Of a DNA stretch of 64,000 nucleotides, positions 22,530 to 34,700 are shown piece by piece. The first letter of the stretch is position 1, and every line of letters begins with the position of its first letter. The translations under genes were made by a program, and so were the position numbers. The notes beneath the pieces were generated by a model. That model was not told the origin of the DNA, made no database searches, and saw only the letters and a list, made by a program, of their open reading frames with translations. The DNA lies in assembly GCF_040938485.1 (NCBI RefSeq), contig NW_027270918.1:806001-870000 (forward strand), read 5' to 3'. The DNA comes from Diadema antillarum (taxonomy: Eukaryota).

Positions 22530-23188
22530 TTTTATCAAACGCCCTGTTTTTACATAATATGTACCATATTATTTTTTGTCACACTGTGTTACCCACACTT
22601 GCCTGGTGCAAATTATGTGTGCATGAATACCTGAATGTGTGTTATGGGTATACATGCATTCGACTGTTTAGGTTAAACGGGCATGACTGCCAGATTGCAT
22701 GTAATCTATTTATTAGTGTAGATTTTTACATAGAATTTCTATCTGCTTTTTATGATCGTGGACTTGTTGATTCAAGTCCTTTCTGGCAGAGTTTTTACAT
22801 TCCTTTTGTACACCAAATGGTATGATTGTGTATATAATCTTGCATCATTTTATTCACTGTTTTAATTATATTCTTTTGTATCATATTGTTTCATTATATC
22901 ATACTTAGACTGGTTACTACTGATTTCAATTTAACGTATTGCTCCTTTCAGCTCTGATTGCTTGTTTAATTGTAGTGGTTTTTATGCTTATATTTATATA
23001 ACATGATTTTAGTATTTATATGGTTGGATTGTACAGGACCCTGATGTAAAACAGCATTCACTTGCTGATCTTGTTATCCTGTCAAAATATGTTGAAATAA
23101 ATAAATAAATAAATAAATTATCTCACCAAAAAAAAAAATGTTAGAAACCTGAAATTAGGTCTCAACCAAAACTATATGATCCCTTTAA

Positions 23189-23647
23189 AGGAGACCTCCG
23201 GATGATTTTCAGATTTTTACATTTGAACAACTATAAATTAGTTATACAGCACGAGGACAGAGTTTCAGAATTTGTGATAATTGGGATGAAGAATAAGAAT
23301 GTTTTCAAAGTTTAGAACAAATTGCAATGAACAAGAATTATGACATGGCAGAGTGACCATAAGAATGCAGGAGTTGGGACTCAAGGAAGCAGAACAAAAG
23401 AAGAAGGCATGCATAGATTATACACAGGTGAACTCGCAAGCAAACGGTATTGTAATGGAATTACACTGCTACATTTCTGAAATATGTGAACCTCATATGT
23501 CATCATCCTTGTTCAGTTTAATTTGTTTAAGTTTTTTCAAACTATTGTTTCTCTGCTCAAGAACCACAATAAATTCCACAAATCTATGGAGTTGTCGATT
23601 TATGTACTACATGATGTGAAATTATGAAAATCGTCTGAAATGTCCAT
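23189..23647. mobile_element. TTAA-flanked MITE (family D, Kolobok-like), sharing its left TTAA with family A
   Basis: TTAA|AGGAGACCTCCGGATGATTTTC... with a degenerate inverted right arm ending at TTAA 23648-23651; reverse-complement fragment at about 48510-48598. Confidence 0.6.
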
Positions 23648-23946
23648 TTAAGTGCAGTTTGCGCATCTGATACAACTATCAAACACTGGAACATGTGCAA
23701 TTGTTTGATTTGATTTGATTAATTCTCTGAATGTCATCAATTTTCTGCAATTTCATTGACATTGTACACAATAGCAGTAGTATGAAACTTTTCAACATAT
23801 TATCGTCATTTTCATCAATTATAAAATACATCTGTAATATAATCGCATGAGTTACATCCTAAAATACATACAGAACGATTGCCAAGGATAACCACAAAGA
23901 TTGACTGTGTGGTAGCCGAAAGCGAATAACAATACAATTGTATTAA

Positions 23947-24262
23947 AGGGGATGGCTGCAGTGGGAATCAGGGGGAATGCTGGGGGATGATTGTTCCAAT
24001 TATATATCTATTGTTGTGTGAAAATTGTTTGCTTCAGGATGGTCTCATATTCAAGTAATGTGCAATTTAATGTTTCCAGGTTAGCATGCCTGTAGTGACG
24101 GGGCATTAAACTGCACATTACTTGAATATGAGACCGTTCTGACGCAAATAATTTTCACACAGTAGATATGTAATGTACTCTTAAATGAATCCCACAAGAA
24201 TTGGAACAATCATCCCCCAGCATTACCACTGATTCCCACAGATCAGTTACTAGTCATGCCCT
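23947..24262. mobile_element. TTAA-flanked palindromic MITE (family B, Kolobok-like)
   Basis: TTAA|AGGGGATGGC...CATGCCCT|TTAA; inverted arms CAGTGGGAATC...GATTCCCAC. Confidence 0.8.
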
Positions 24263-25685
24263 TTAACATTACAGTATTTATGATACATTACAATATTTAT
24301 GATAGATTCGGGATGATTCTCAAATGCTCACAGTAATCATGCGTTTACAAATACTTTAATTTGTGCAATATATTATACATGTATTATAACGCTTCATCTT
24401 CATCCACGCGAGTTTGAAATACTAGTAGGCCCCACGCTCGGCGACAGGTGTACCAGCAGATCCTATACGACACTATACCCCCTACCCATGTACTTTCTGA
24501 CCTCTTGCATCTTCTTATCCAGAAAAGGCTGGTCGGGGGATAGCGATGACCAAAACAATCTCGATTTGACCACTGCGCCGTAATTCCGTGCCCTTGTCCA
24601 AGAAAAGACAACGCTCGGTGCACCATTCGGAAACTCTCGGATACTAATTGATCGTCTATTGTCACACTGTCCAATCAAAATTCTGCTTTCCGACCCAGCC
24701 CACGGAGTTTAGCGAATCAGAATGGCTCTCACGTACACACCCACTCTCGATGGCACGAATATCTAATCGGATCGCGGTGCCAACATAGCTCGTTCTGCGA
24801 ACTCTGAACTCAATTCACAAAAAAATACATTTCGGTTTTAGTGCCTCTTTTCGACTCAACACCTCGCGTCCAGTTGAAGCTCCTTGTACAATCAATCTCG
24901 AATAGACAGGTTTGTTAAGCTGTGATAAACAATTTTGATTTCATCTGAAATATAACAAAATATCGTAAATGTAGTAGGGCATGTGGGCTCACTTCTCCAG
25001 GGATTGTTGTGTGATTTTACATTAATGAGGTTGTCACTTTTAATAGTTTCCCAAAGCATTTCATTTTCAAACTTCCGACAAGCTTTTGTTGAATGATAGC
25101 TTTCGTTTGATATTGAACTCCGCTCGCATATGAATATGCGCAAGGAATCGGCTACTGAACTTAACCTCTAAAAAGACTCGCAGCGACCTTGTGGACCATA
25201 GACAAGATGTAATTGCCCTGCTAGTTCTTACGCCTCTTCAACAGAATAAGGAATATATTTTCTTCACTTAATTCATGCTGCTGTTTCTGTTTCACTGAAA
25301 GTGACCATAGAAAAACAATTTACAATCTCAAATTTATAAACATGCACTTCTCTGCTTGCTCAGTCAGATGGCAGTAAACGTCAATATCAACGACCTCCGT
25401 AGCAAGTAGTGCATCGAACAACTTGTGCTTTGAGCTAATGAGATACAATTTTGTAGTCGCATCCAGCTCGGCCTCGATCCGAACGTGTCGTGGGCAGTGG
25501 GGGAGTTCCGCTTCAGTTCCACTTGCTCACTGTGCTGCATAATCCACGTAGGGTCTATCTACGCGGCTTCGTGAGTGTATTGTGCTACTAGTACCCTGCA
25601 TCTTCGAATCCTACGTACGTGTGTGAACTGTGCTGCGTACTGCTACTTCTACTGTAACAGCCTGATTTCGACAACTATCGTGAAG

Positions 25686-25730
25686 ATGGCGGCGTCTGTT
25701 TTGCGACTTGGAAGAGCAGGACTATCGAGG
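25686..25730 (+). CDS. ALDH6A1: ALDH6A1 exon 1 (mitochondrial leader)
   Basis: aagATGGCG; [15 protein letters not shown]; donor GTATGT. Confidence 0.8.
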
Positions 25731-28700
25731 GTATGTCGTTTTAGTGTAGTGTGTTGGCTGTCTCATTCGTTGCAAATGGGAATTATGCCATGATTTTTAC
25801 TGACTAGTCCCAGCTAACTAACACTGCACTGGTAATATTAACAGAGAGATTCGTTTAGTTCACTGCCACTGCACTGCCACTGGTTCAGATGGATTGTGTC
25901 ACAAAATCGCAATACATGCTTTGCTACGTTACTACGCAGCTACGCGAGTACATTGTCATGGGGTATGGAGGCAAACGTAACCAGGCTTTATTTTTCCTAT
26001 GGAGGCGGGGAGGGGGTGCGTAAGTAAGAAAAGAAAACTGACTTTTCATGCATGCAAAAATTATTGTTTCGTTAGCGCCGACAATCTCGCTCAGCGGGAG
26101 GAGGAGGAGGAGGAGGAGGAGGTGGGGGGGGGGGGGGGGGGGTTGCCTCGTACCTTTATGATCACACATTGATATAATCTCTTGTTGATCATTGAATCCC
26201 AAGTTCCATGGAATTAATTATAAGTATATGAAAAAGGACTAGAAGTATACATATTTATACAGTTCACCACACAAGCTTATAATTCTATTATTGAATGGAA
26301 AGTCCCCCAGACATTCTGGTGAATTTAGGGAATGCTGAAAAAGAATAAAAACATACCAGTTATGAGCACTTCGAAAAATGTTATTATAAAAAAAAGTATC
26401 TGCAAACATTTCATAAACAGGCAAATCTACAGCAAGGCTGGCGATCTTTTCAAACATTGTATACATTCAAACATAATACTTATGATAATAAATCTTACGA
26501 ATGCAAGAGTATGTTTGTGCTTAAAATTTCGGTCATATTAGTAATTTTCCTTATGTCTGAAATAAAGATGCATAAAAACAAACTTCAGTGGTATAACTAT
26601 ATATTTATATATATATATTTTTTTTGTATATATACAGCAAAAATATTATATGGGATATAGTCATAACAGCAATATCACTTTTGAGTCCTGTAAATACCTG
26701 TATTTCTCAGACGCTCGCTCATACGTATTATTTGTTTTATAATGTCGAAGCACATATTACTTCTGAGAAAAGAAAAAGTCAATAAAATCTACACACATCT
26801 CAACACTATTTTGAATACACAGTTATTCAAAATATCATTTTGAAAATTCCATTTAAATACAATATGAACAAGATCATTTTTTCACTGGTACGTAAGGTTA
26901 TCCAAAAGGAAGAAGGGAAAAGAGAGAGACTGCGATCATGCTCCCCTTTCAGTTCAGCAGAAAGGACACCGATACATGTATTTTGATATGTCTTCTTCAA
27001 CCTTATTTTTTAGTTCACTGCATTCCAAGTGCAACCATGTGTCACAAAAATCACAAGAAACCCATTGATCTTCTACGGCTTCTTCTTTCCTGCATGCTGG
27101 ACATACATATCTAACATCATCTGATTCAATTCCTTCCTTTTTGTTCCTCTTCTTTTTTTTTCTTTTCTTCTAGGCTATTCTCCTTCGTAGAGTCATCTTC
27201 TTTGTTTTCTTCTCTCTTGTTTTACATTTCTTCTTCCAAACTCACTTCTCTCTCTCTTTTTTTTTTTTTTGCCCTCAGATTCTTCCAACTTCATTTCTTC
27301 CTTCTGTTTTATTTCTTCTAATATATGGTTCATTTCTTCTATCCTCATCACAATCCCATCCCTGTGATCTTTCTTTCTATTTCCTGTACCCAACGTCATC
27401 TCTTCTATCTTCTTCTTTAGATCTTCCCTCTTCTTTCTCAATGTCTTTGTGCGTTCTTCTTTTTTTCCTTTGTTTCTCTGTCTTTCTCTTCCTTTCTTTT
27501 CTTCAACTCTCTTTTCTGTTTGGATTTCATGTGAGTTATGAAATCATCTCCTGATATTGCTTCAGTAGCTGCAATTTCCTTTTTTGACTTCCTGGAACGT
27601 GTACTTCGGGAAACTCGATATAATGTTCGAGAGACGGGAACATTTTTATTTGAAACCTTATTTCATTTTGGGACTAACGAACCTTATGAATAACGATCGA
27701 GTTGTAACCGTATATATACATGTAATATATATATAATTATATGTATGTATATAATTATATATTTATTTATTGCAATGTCACAATAGAGGAATGCATTAAA
27801 TGTCAATTGCTTTGATTATAATTCAAAATCTGAATTTTCGGGGGCCTCCCACTTCGTCGGAAATCCAAGAGGATGTGTAGTTAGCGGGGAGGAGGGGGGA
27901 GGTAATAAATCAGTGGTCTGAAAGCGCACGCGCCACATACTGTACACACGTAATTAAGTGGGGGGGGGGGTGTGAGCGGTTACTAGTTAAGAGCCATCTC
28001 TGTACGAGTTTCGAACTTTTTTTGTTCGCGTACGAAATTCCACGTAAATACGTACACTACTATCGTTCAGTTATGTGCCGACAGTTGTCAGGTCGACGAC
28101 TAGCGCCTATTCGTACGACTTATCTCAACTTTGTGGGATTTTAACTAAAAAATCACGGCCTACTCACTAACTTCAGTAGACGAGACCTTTCCGGCCATCG
28201 GGAATCTCCAGATTTGGCTAATTGCATTTAAACATCATAAAATAGTCGTGAATACATGTACTTTGAATATTGCAATTTGTTTGAGCATCGAATTCTTAGC
28301 ATTGCGCACACGCGTACTGCAGTGCGTGCAGTGCGTATTTGAGAATGTAGGGCAGATATTCGCGGTCATCATCAACTACACTCGTGCGCTAAGGGGTGAG
28401 CGGTTACTAGTCAGGCTACTGTACGTATTGTCGTATGTAATCAACTACGAGCTGAGTGTAAACGAGTGTAGCCTGTAGGCTACATTCAGTACAGAACTTA
28501 AAAGTAGAGATTCTAGGCCCTGCGATCGCGACTGTACTGCTGCCTGGTACCTGGTGCAGTATCTGATCAGTGTCAGTGCAGCAGTGCGTGTGGTTTGGAA
28601 ATATTAGCCAGTCAGTGCCAGTGCAGGTGGCAGGCGGTAGGGCCTCGGCCCTAGCCTAGTCTAGTCAGCGTGTGTGTGTGTGCGCCGTGGTATGAAACAG

Positions 28701-31700
28701 CAAAAATGTTCTGCCCAGTCCAGTCGTCGTTAAATTACAAGTGCAGTAGGGGTTAGGTCAAGGATGTTTACCGGTTTTACCATGGTCATGGAATTAGCCT
28801 AGTTAGTAATAGCATTGACTGAAGTTCATACAACACGCAACATCACAAGTGTCAGTGTGTCCTGGTGACCTGGGCCCCGTTTCATAAAGTGATAAAGAGT
28901 TGATTTGTCATTTGATCACAACTCTTTGCTGGAATGACAATTGTCATGGTAGCGACAAGAATACAGCTTCCTGATGGCTGTTTGCTGTGGGAAGTTGTCA
29001 TTCCAGCAAGAGTTCTCATCCTAACATCTTTTATGAAATGGGGCCCAGGTCTCCCGATCCCATCAGATTGCTTTTTTGCCTTGGCCTTCTGTGTCTTGAA
29101 TGCCTTGATTTTGCTGGCACTAAAAAGACCCCACCCCCATGGGGCCATCAATCAATGATATCTGGGCCTGGGGCAGGGATCTTCATATTAGAAATGAGCA
29201 GATATGTAATTTTATTACCGCTTTCAGTAACTCATTTTTTTAGCCTGCTCCTAGTCCGAGCTAAATTGGCCCGCGCCAAGCAGTAAAAATTGCGTTTCGT
29301 AACTATATAGCAGAGCCACGCTACCTTAGATGACCCATTCATAAACTCGGTCAAGTAGTACACTATTGACTAAGAGGGATAACTGCCACGGTAACTGAGT
29401 TGATGTGCGTGCCGCGCGCTTACACTTTGTATGAGCTGAGCAGCTTAAGCTGTGACCTTTGACCGTGAATGGAATTTTGGCCCGCGCCTTGTGCTGCTAT
29501 CGTTCATAAACTCTTCGATCAGCGCCAGGCCTGCGCCTGGTCCGTGCCTGGTGCTAGCTGCAGCAGCGCCAAAATAGTCCGCACCTGGCGTGGGCCACTT
29601 TGGCCCCCACCCATTCATAAACTCAAAATTTTCGACTTGGTCCACTCCTGGTCTACTCCTGGTCCGAGCCAAGAGGGTTACTGAAAGGGGTACAATGTAT
29701 TAGTAAAAACACAGTGTAAATGCTCCTCCACCCTAAATATACATTATGGTCTAGAAAGTTCCAGCCATGTTACATGTGAAATATCAATTTTTTACCTTTT
29801 TTTTGCAGGGGAGGGGAGTGTGTGTGTACAATGTACAATATGTCAAGTGGGAATCTCATAAATAGCTTGGAGACTGGGTGGTGACTTGTTGGCAACTTCA
29901 GCTTTGCTGGAGACTATTAAATCTTTTCTCCAGGGAGTCTTGAGAGAATCAAACATGCTCCTTTTTCCAGTCTACAGCTGGTCTCGAAGATGTCTCCTAA
30001 GTCGCGTCCTTTGCTGTAGTATACTGGTAGTGGTTTTGACCAAGAGATCGTTTACACCAGTAATTACAATTGTACAATGTAGCTACAAACATACCTGTAC
30101 CGTATGTCTAGAGTGCATGTTGGCATTGCTTGTGCATCATTTAATGCATTGTAAAACAATTTTGTATCTACAGCTGTTGATGTCATGCTGCCAAAATAGT
30201 GCTAGTCCGTTGTATTGCCAGGATTTTTCTTTCATCCATCTTCCTTGGCAGGGGCGGATCTAGGAATTCCGTAAAAAGGGGGCGCCTTTGCAAAATTAAA
30301 GGGGGGGGGGGGGGCGCGCACACCCCCAATTTTTTTCTTCACTATAAAGTGCCATTTTTGTGTAGCTTCCAGACTTGAGCTGCTGTATTGAAATTATACC
30401 TCATCAAGTATCTTTAATCAAGCACTACTCTTGACAAGCATGCGTGTGCGAATGCTCATCTATTCTGGAGTCATTTCCAAAGTATACCGGCACTAGTACA
30501 TCTCACATTTGCATTGCATGTTGTTGGCACACTGCATGCCACAATGTTTGGCATATTTCTGGGTATAACAATAACATGATCAGGCACAGTGCTCTGACTT
30601 AGCAGATGACAAACATTACATGTATTTCGGGATCTACATGTATGTAGGGTTCAATGTTTTTACTTATGAAATAGCATACAGTACATTTGGTTTCCTCACG
30701 CAATATCCTGTTCTCTTTCTTTCAAATCTTGGTTTCTTATTCCAGGCCCTGTTCGGTGCAAGGACTGGGTCATGTTATTACTCCAGTGCAGTGAGTATTT
30801 TTTTCTAACCATTTTTTTTTCAGTGTTACAGATACAAGTTTTGATGAACTGCAATCTTCTGAATTTTGGATGCTGCACAATGATTAGAAAAGATATTTAT
30901 ATAGTGTATGTATCATGCAATGTTAAAATATACTTCATTACTCCAAACATAATTTTGAGAGTAAACATTGGTGTTTATGTACGTAAAGATGTATTTCTGC
31001 AATGCATGCCTGTCATACAGTCTGTATTTTGAAGTCATTTCCCAGTGACTGCGGTATTTATTGTCAGAAAGAGAGAATTACGGAGAAAATAAATGAATAC
31101 AGACCTTCAATGTTTATGATGGTAGTTATGTACAGTGATTTCATTTGTATTGTAAGCACTGTAAATCTCTATTTGTGTGATTATGTTTTTGGAAGAAGGG
31201 AATACTTTGAAGAAATATGCATGTCTGGTCAACACTGTGGTCTTGACTGTATAAAAACCTAATGTTTCAGAATTAACCAGTTTGCATTTATGGATAAATT
31301 GACTCTTAACAAGAGCTGATGATACCAGCAACTACAAGCAAACAAAAAGTTGATACAAAAAAAAAAGAAAAGAAAAGAAAAATAAAATACTTGTTGCACA
31401 GCTATGATAGTTGAAATAGTGGTTATAAGTCATCATTGTTTGTAGATCTCTTTTCTATGAGTGGACTCACATCTGGTGTGAGGCACGTTGTAGCTCCTCA
31501 GGCTGAGTTGCTAGGGCTGCTGGTACACTGAGTTCCACAAAGCATTTCCGTCTCAGATGAATATGAGTAGAAGCTAAACAGGAGTGAAATAGCCAAATGC
31601 TGAGATTGTGCTCCTTTTAAAGCCTTCACAGTTCCATGGATTTCAAGTCTTTGGGCAGGAACATTGGCAAATTGTGGATAAAATTACTACACCTTGTTTT

Positions 31701-34700
31701 TGCAAAAGTTAGGGAAAGAAAGCCATCCTTCAAGTCCTTGAATGCGTACATTGAAAGTTGAAGATATTGTCATGTCATCTTGACTACTTCAAGCAAAGAT
31801 GTTCTTCTTGTCATTTTGGCTGTTGATTTCACATTGTGATCTGCTCACTGATGGAAGAATGCCTTCAAAGATGTGCTACAATTACTAGTAACCCACGAGT
31901 GAATCATATCAGCTAATTAAAATGCAAAACTTTTAGACATATCAAAGTGTTTTTGATATCTTGCATGCATTAGTGTATGCACTGAAATGATGGCTTTTGT
32001 TCTTACAAGATGATAAGCAATTCTGATTTTGTTTTATCCTTCTTACCATCAGCCGACGACAAAGCTCCTCATCAATGGACAGATGGTAGATTCCACAACT
32101 TCAGACTGGATCGATGTCCATAACCCGGTAGGTTATGGATATTTGCCATAACTTTGCCCATCATTCCTCGCTTTATGTCAAGTGCTCAGTATCCGTACCC
32201 TGAGACTGTTAAAGAGTATGGCTTCCCATTGTGATTAAAATTTATTATGCTTTCTGTGCTGATTGGCACGCACACTGGTGGAATGGTAGATTGTGTCTCC
32301 AGATTACAAATCATGTTCAAAATGTTCCTTATGCATACCATGCTACTCGCCATTTGTTGCTGCTGTTTATTTTTTAATCGAAACTTTACTTGTTCCTCCA
32401 ACTTTCAGCAGTTGAACAAAGAATGGTACATTAACTTCATTACCTTCATTGCTTTGGGCAGGCCACCAATGAAGTTGTGACGAGAGTCCCCAAGTCGACC
32501 CAGAGCGAGATGGAAGCGGCCGTGAATGCCGCGCAGGCCGCCTTCCCGTCCTGGGCGGAGACCACCATCCTCACACGCCAACAGATCATGTTCAAATATC
32601 AGCACCTGATCAAGGAGAACCTGGTCAGTACTCAGNNNNNNNNNNNNNNNNNNNNNNNNNNNNNNNNNNNNNNNNNNNNNNNNNNNNNNNNNNNNNNNNN
32701 NNNNNNNNNNNNNNNNNNNNNNNNNNNNNNNNNNNNNNNNNNNNNNNNNNNNNNNNNNNNNNNNNNNNNNNNNNNNNNNNNNNNNNNNNNNNNNNNNNNN
32801 NNNNNNNNNNNNNNNNNNNNNNNNNNNNNNNNNNNNNNNNNNNNNNNNNNNNNNNNNNNNNNNNNNNNNNNNNNNNNNNNNNNNNNNNNNNNNNNNNNNN
32901 NNNNNNCAGGGCACCGTTTCATGAAAGTTGTCTCGTCAGCCCTGACAAGTTGTGGGTATCTGACAATTACCATAGTAACTGTCGGTAACGGGGGCTTCTC
33001 AGCCGATCAAAACCAAGTATTTTACTGTAATTGTCAGAGACTGACAACTTGTCAGGCTGACAGGGCTAATAACTTTCATGAAATAGTGCCCAAGTATATA
33101 TTGGTCTCAATGACAGTATTGATGATAAACATGGTGATGATGATAGTGATGATAATGCTAATAATGATGATAGTGATCATGTGGTCCATGGTTGTGAATA
33201 TGGTGCTTATGATTACTGGTGACATGGTTGGCAATGTAATGATGACAATGATGATAGAGAAGATACTGGTGATTGACGATAGTGGTAGTTTTTAATGATT
33301 ACTACAAAAGTTCTGAGTGAACATGATGTAGTATTTTGGGCATGATGTGACTTTTTGTCATTACAAGATTGTTATAGGGAGGAACAGTTGATTTCAAATA
33401 AAAATTATTCCAAAATGTTCAAGCCATAATATTCATCCAGTCTGTATTGATGCTAAATCATTATCATACGTCCTATTAAGAAGTTATACAACCTTTCATC
33501 ACCCGAAACTGAAAGTTGCCTCGACAGCCTGAGGATAAATCTTGTGTCCCTTCTACTGTGAAGTGATCTAGATTAAACAAACAGTGTCACTGATTCTTTG
33601 AGTTCAGGCTGTAAGTGCTTGACATAGCAGACACTTTAGTGATGAGGGCATGTATAGTGTATTTGCCGCAGTGGGCCTTTGTGAAAAGATTGCTGAGTAT
33701 GGTTTCATTCATACCACCAAAGGACAGGAAATACTATTGAAATGACAATGCTGTTAAAAAGAATTGTGATAAGATTATCAGTTGAGGTTTTCCTACGTGG
33801 GGAGTATAGAAACAGGTGTTTACTGTCCAATACATTTGTTCTTAGAAATTCACCTACACGTGATGGTTTGTTGACAGGTTTGAATATCTTGCCTACCAGT
33901 TTCTGATCACGCTGTTCACATGATTGCCAATTGAGGGACACAATACACAGTATAAGGTGAAAATGTAATGATTTACAAGAGGTGATCTTCATGTTTGATT
34001 TGACAGAAAAGTTCATGTATGCCAATCATATGTAACATTTGAAATGTGCAGTATGCTCAGTAGCCAGTTTTTTTACATCATGGTAACCCTCCATTACCTA
34101 AGATGTATTTGTGTTTAAATAGTTTTCTAAATACCGCTACATTATTGCACCTTCACACATGGTGACAGGGCATTTTACACTGTAGACAATTGTGCATTGA
34201 AATGATGTGTAACTGTAATTTGAAATTTGAACTGTTATTTGTTGGTTGTTGTCTTTTAATAGAGGAAAATTGCAGAACTCATCACACTGGAACAAGGCAA
34301 GACACTCGTAGATGCGGAAGGAGATGTCATGAGAGGATTGCGTAAGTTTGATGACTTTCTTACCACTTTTGACGGCTGCCTCCTGTCACTATACAACCTG
34401 ACAATTTTTTTTTTAGCAAGGCATTGGTGTAATGGAAACAATAAAATAGAATACAAAAACAAAGATGTGCTAACCATTCATAAGCACCTTTGCATTATGT
34501 AATATAGACATGAAATGCACACATGGCTATAGGTGCATATAACTTAAACAGTGTATGTTCCTTATTAAAACACTATAAGTGCTAGAATGAAATTGTCTAC
34601 ACAAATATACATTTTGTGGAAAAAAAATGATATATGTAGTCCCATCTACCCATTTCTGTATAATTAAGTTTTATGCCATTTCCTTGTGCCAAGAGCATGC

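Larger units (their letters stand above)
18066..23116 (+). mobile_element. Full-length non-LTR retrotransposon, L2/CR1 group (about 5.05 kb)
   Basis: 5'UTR, ORF1, 61-bp spacer, APE-RT ORF2, T-rich 3'UTR, terminal stem-loop and (AAAT)n tail. It splits a host MITE at CTCATTA|TCTC, with ATTA on both sides (18062-18065, 23117-23120). Confidence 0.93.
17745..23184. mobile_element. TTAA-flanked palindromic MITE (family A, Kolobok-like) split by the LINE (parts 17745-18065 and 23117-23184)
   Basis: TTAA|AGGGAT...ATCCCT|TTAA; internal sequence matches the uninterrupted copy at 56025-56406. Confidence 0.85.

Noticed and set aside
24300-25680. LIN52 or another head-to-head partner upstream of ALDH6A1, as recalled for human
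   Set aside because: No LIN52-like peptide (e.g. SPDLWPEQ) was found in the minus-strand frames I read.
32405-33295. Long ORFs spanning N-runs (32477..33295, 32405..32914 and similar at other gaps)
   Set aside because: Artefacts of assembly gaps and a (GAT)n repeat.
33639-33696. GTGATGA...CTGA pair resembling a C/D box snoRNA in an ALDH6A1 intron
   Set aside because: No terminal stem, D'/C' boxes or recognisable guide; such pairs are frequent by chance.
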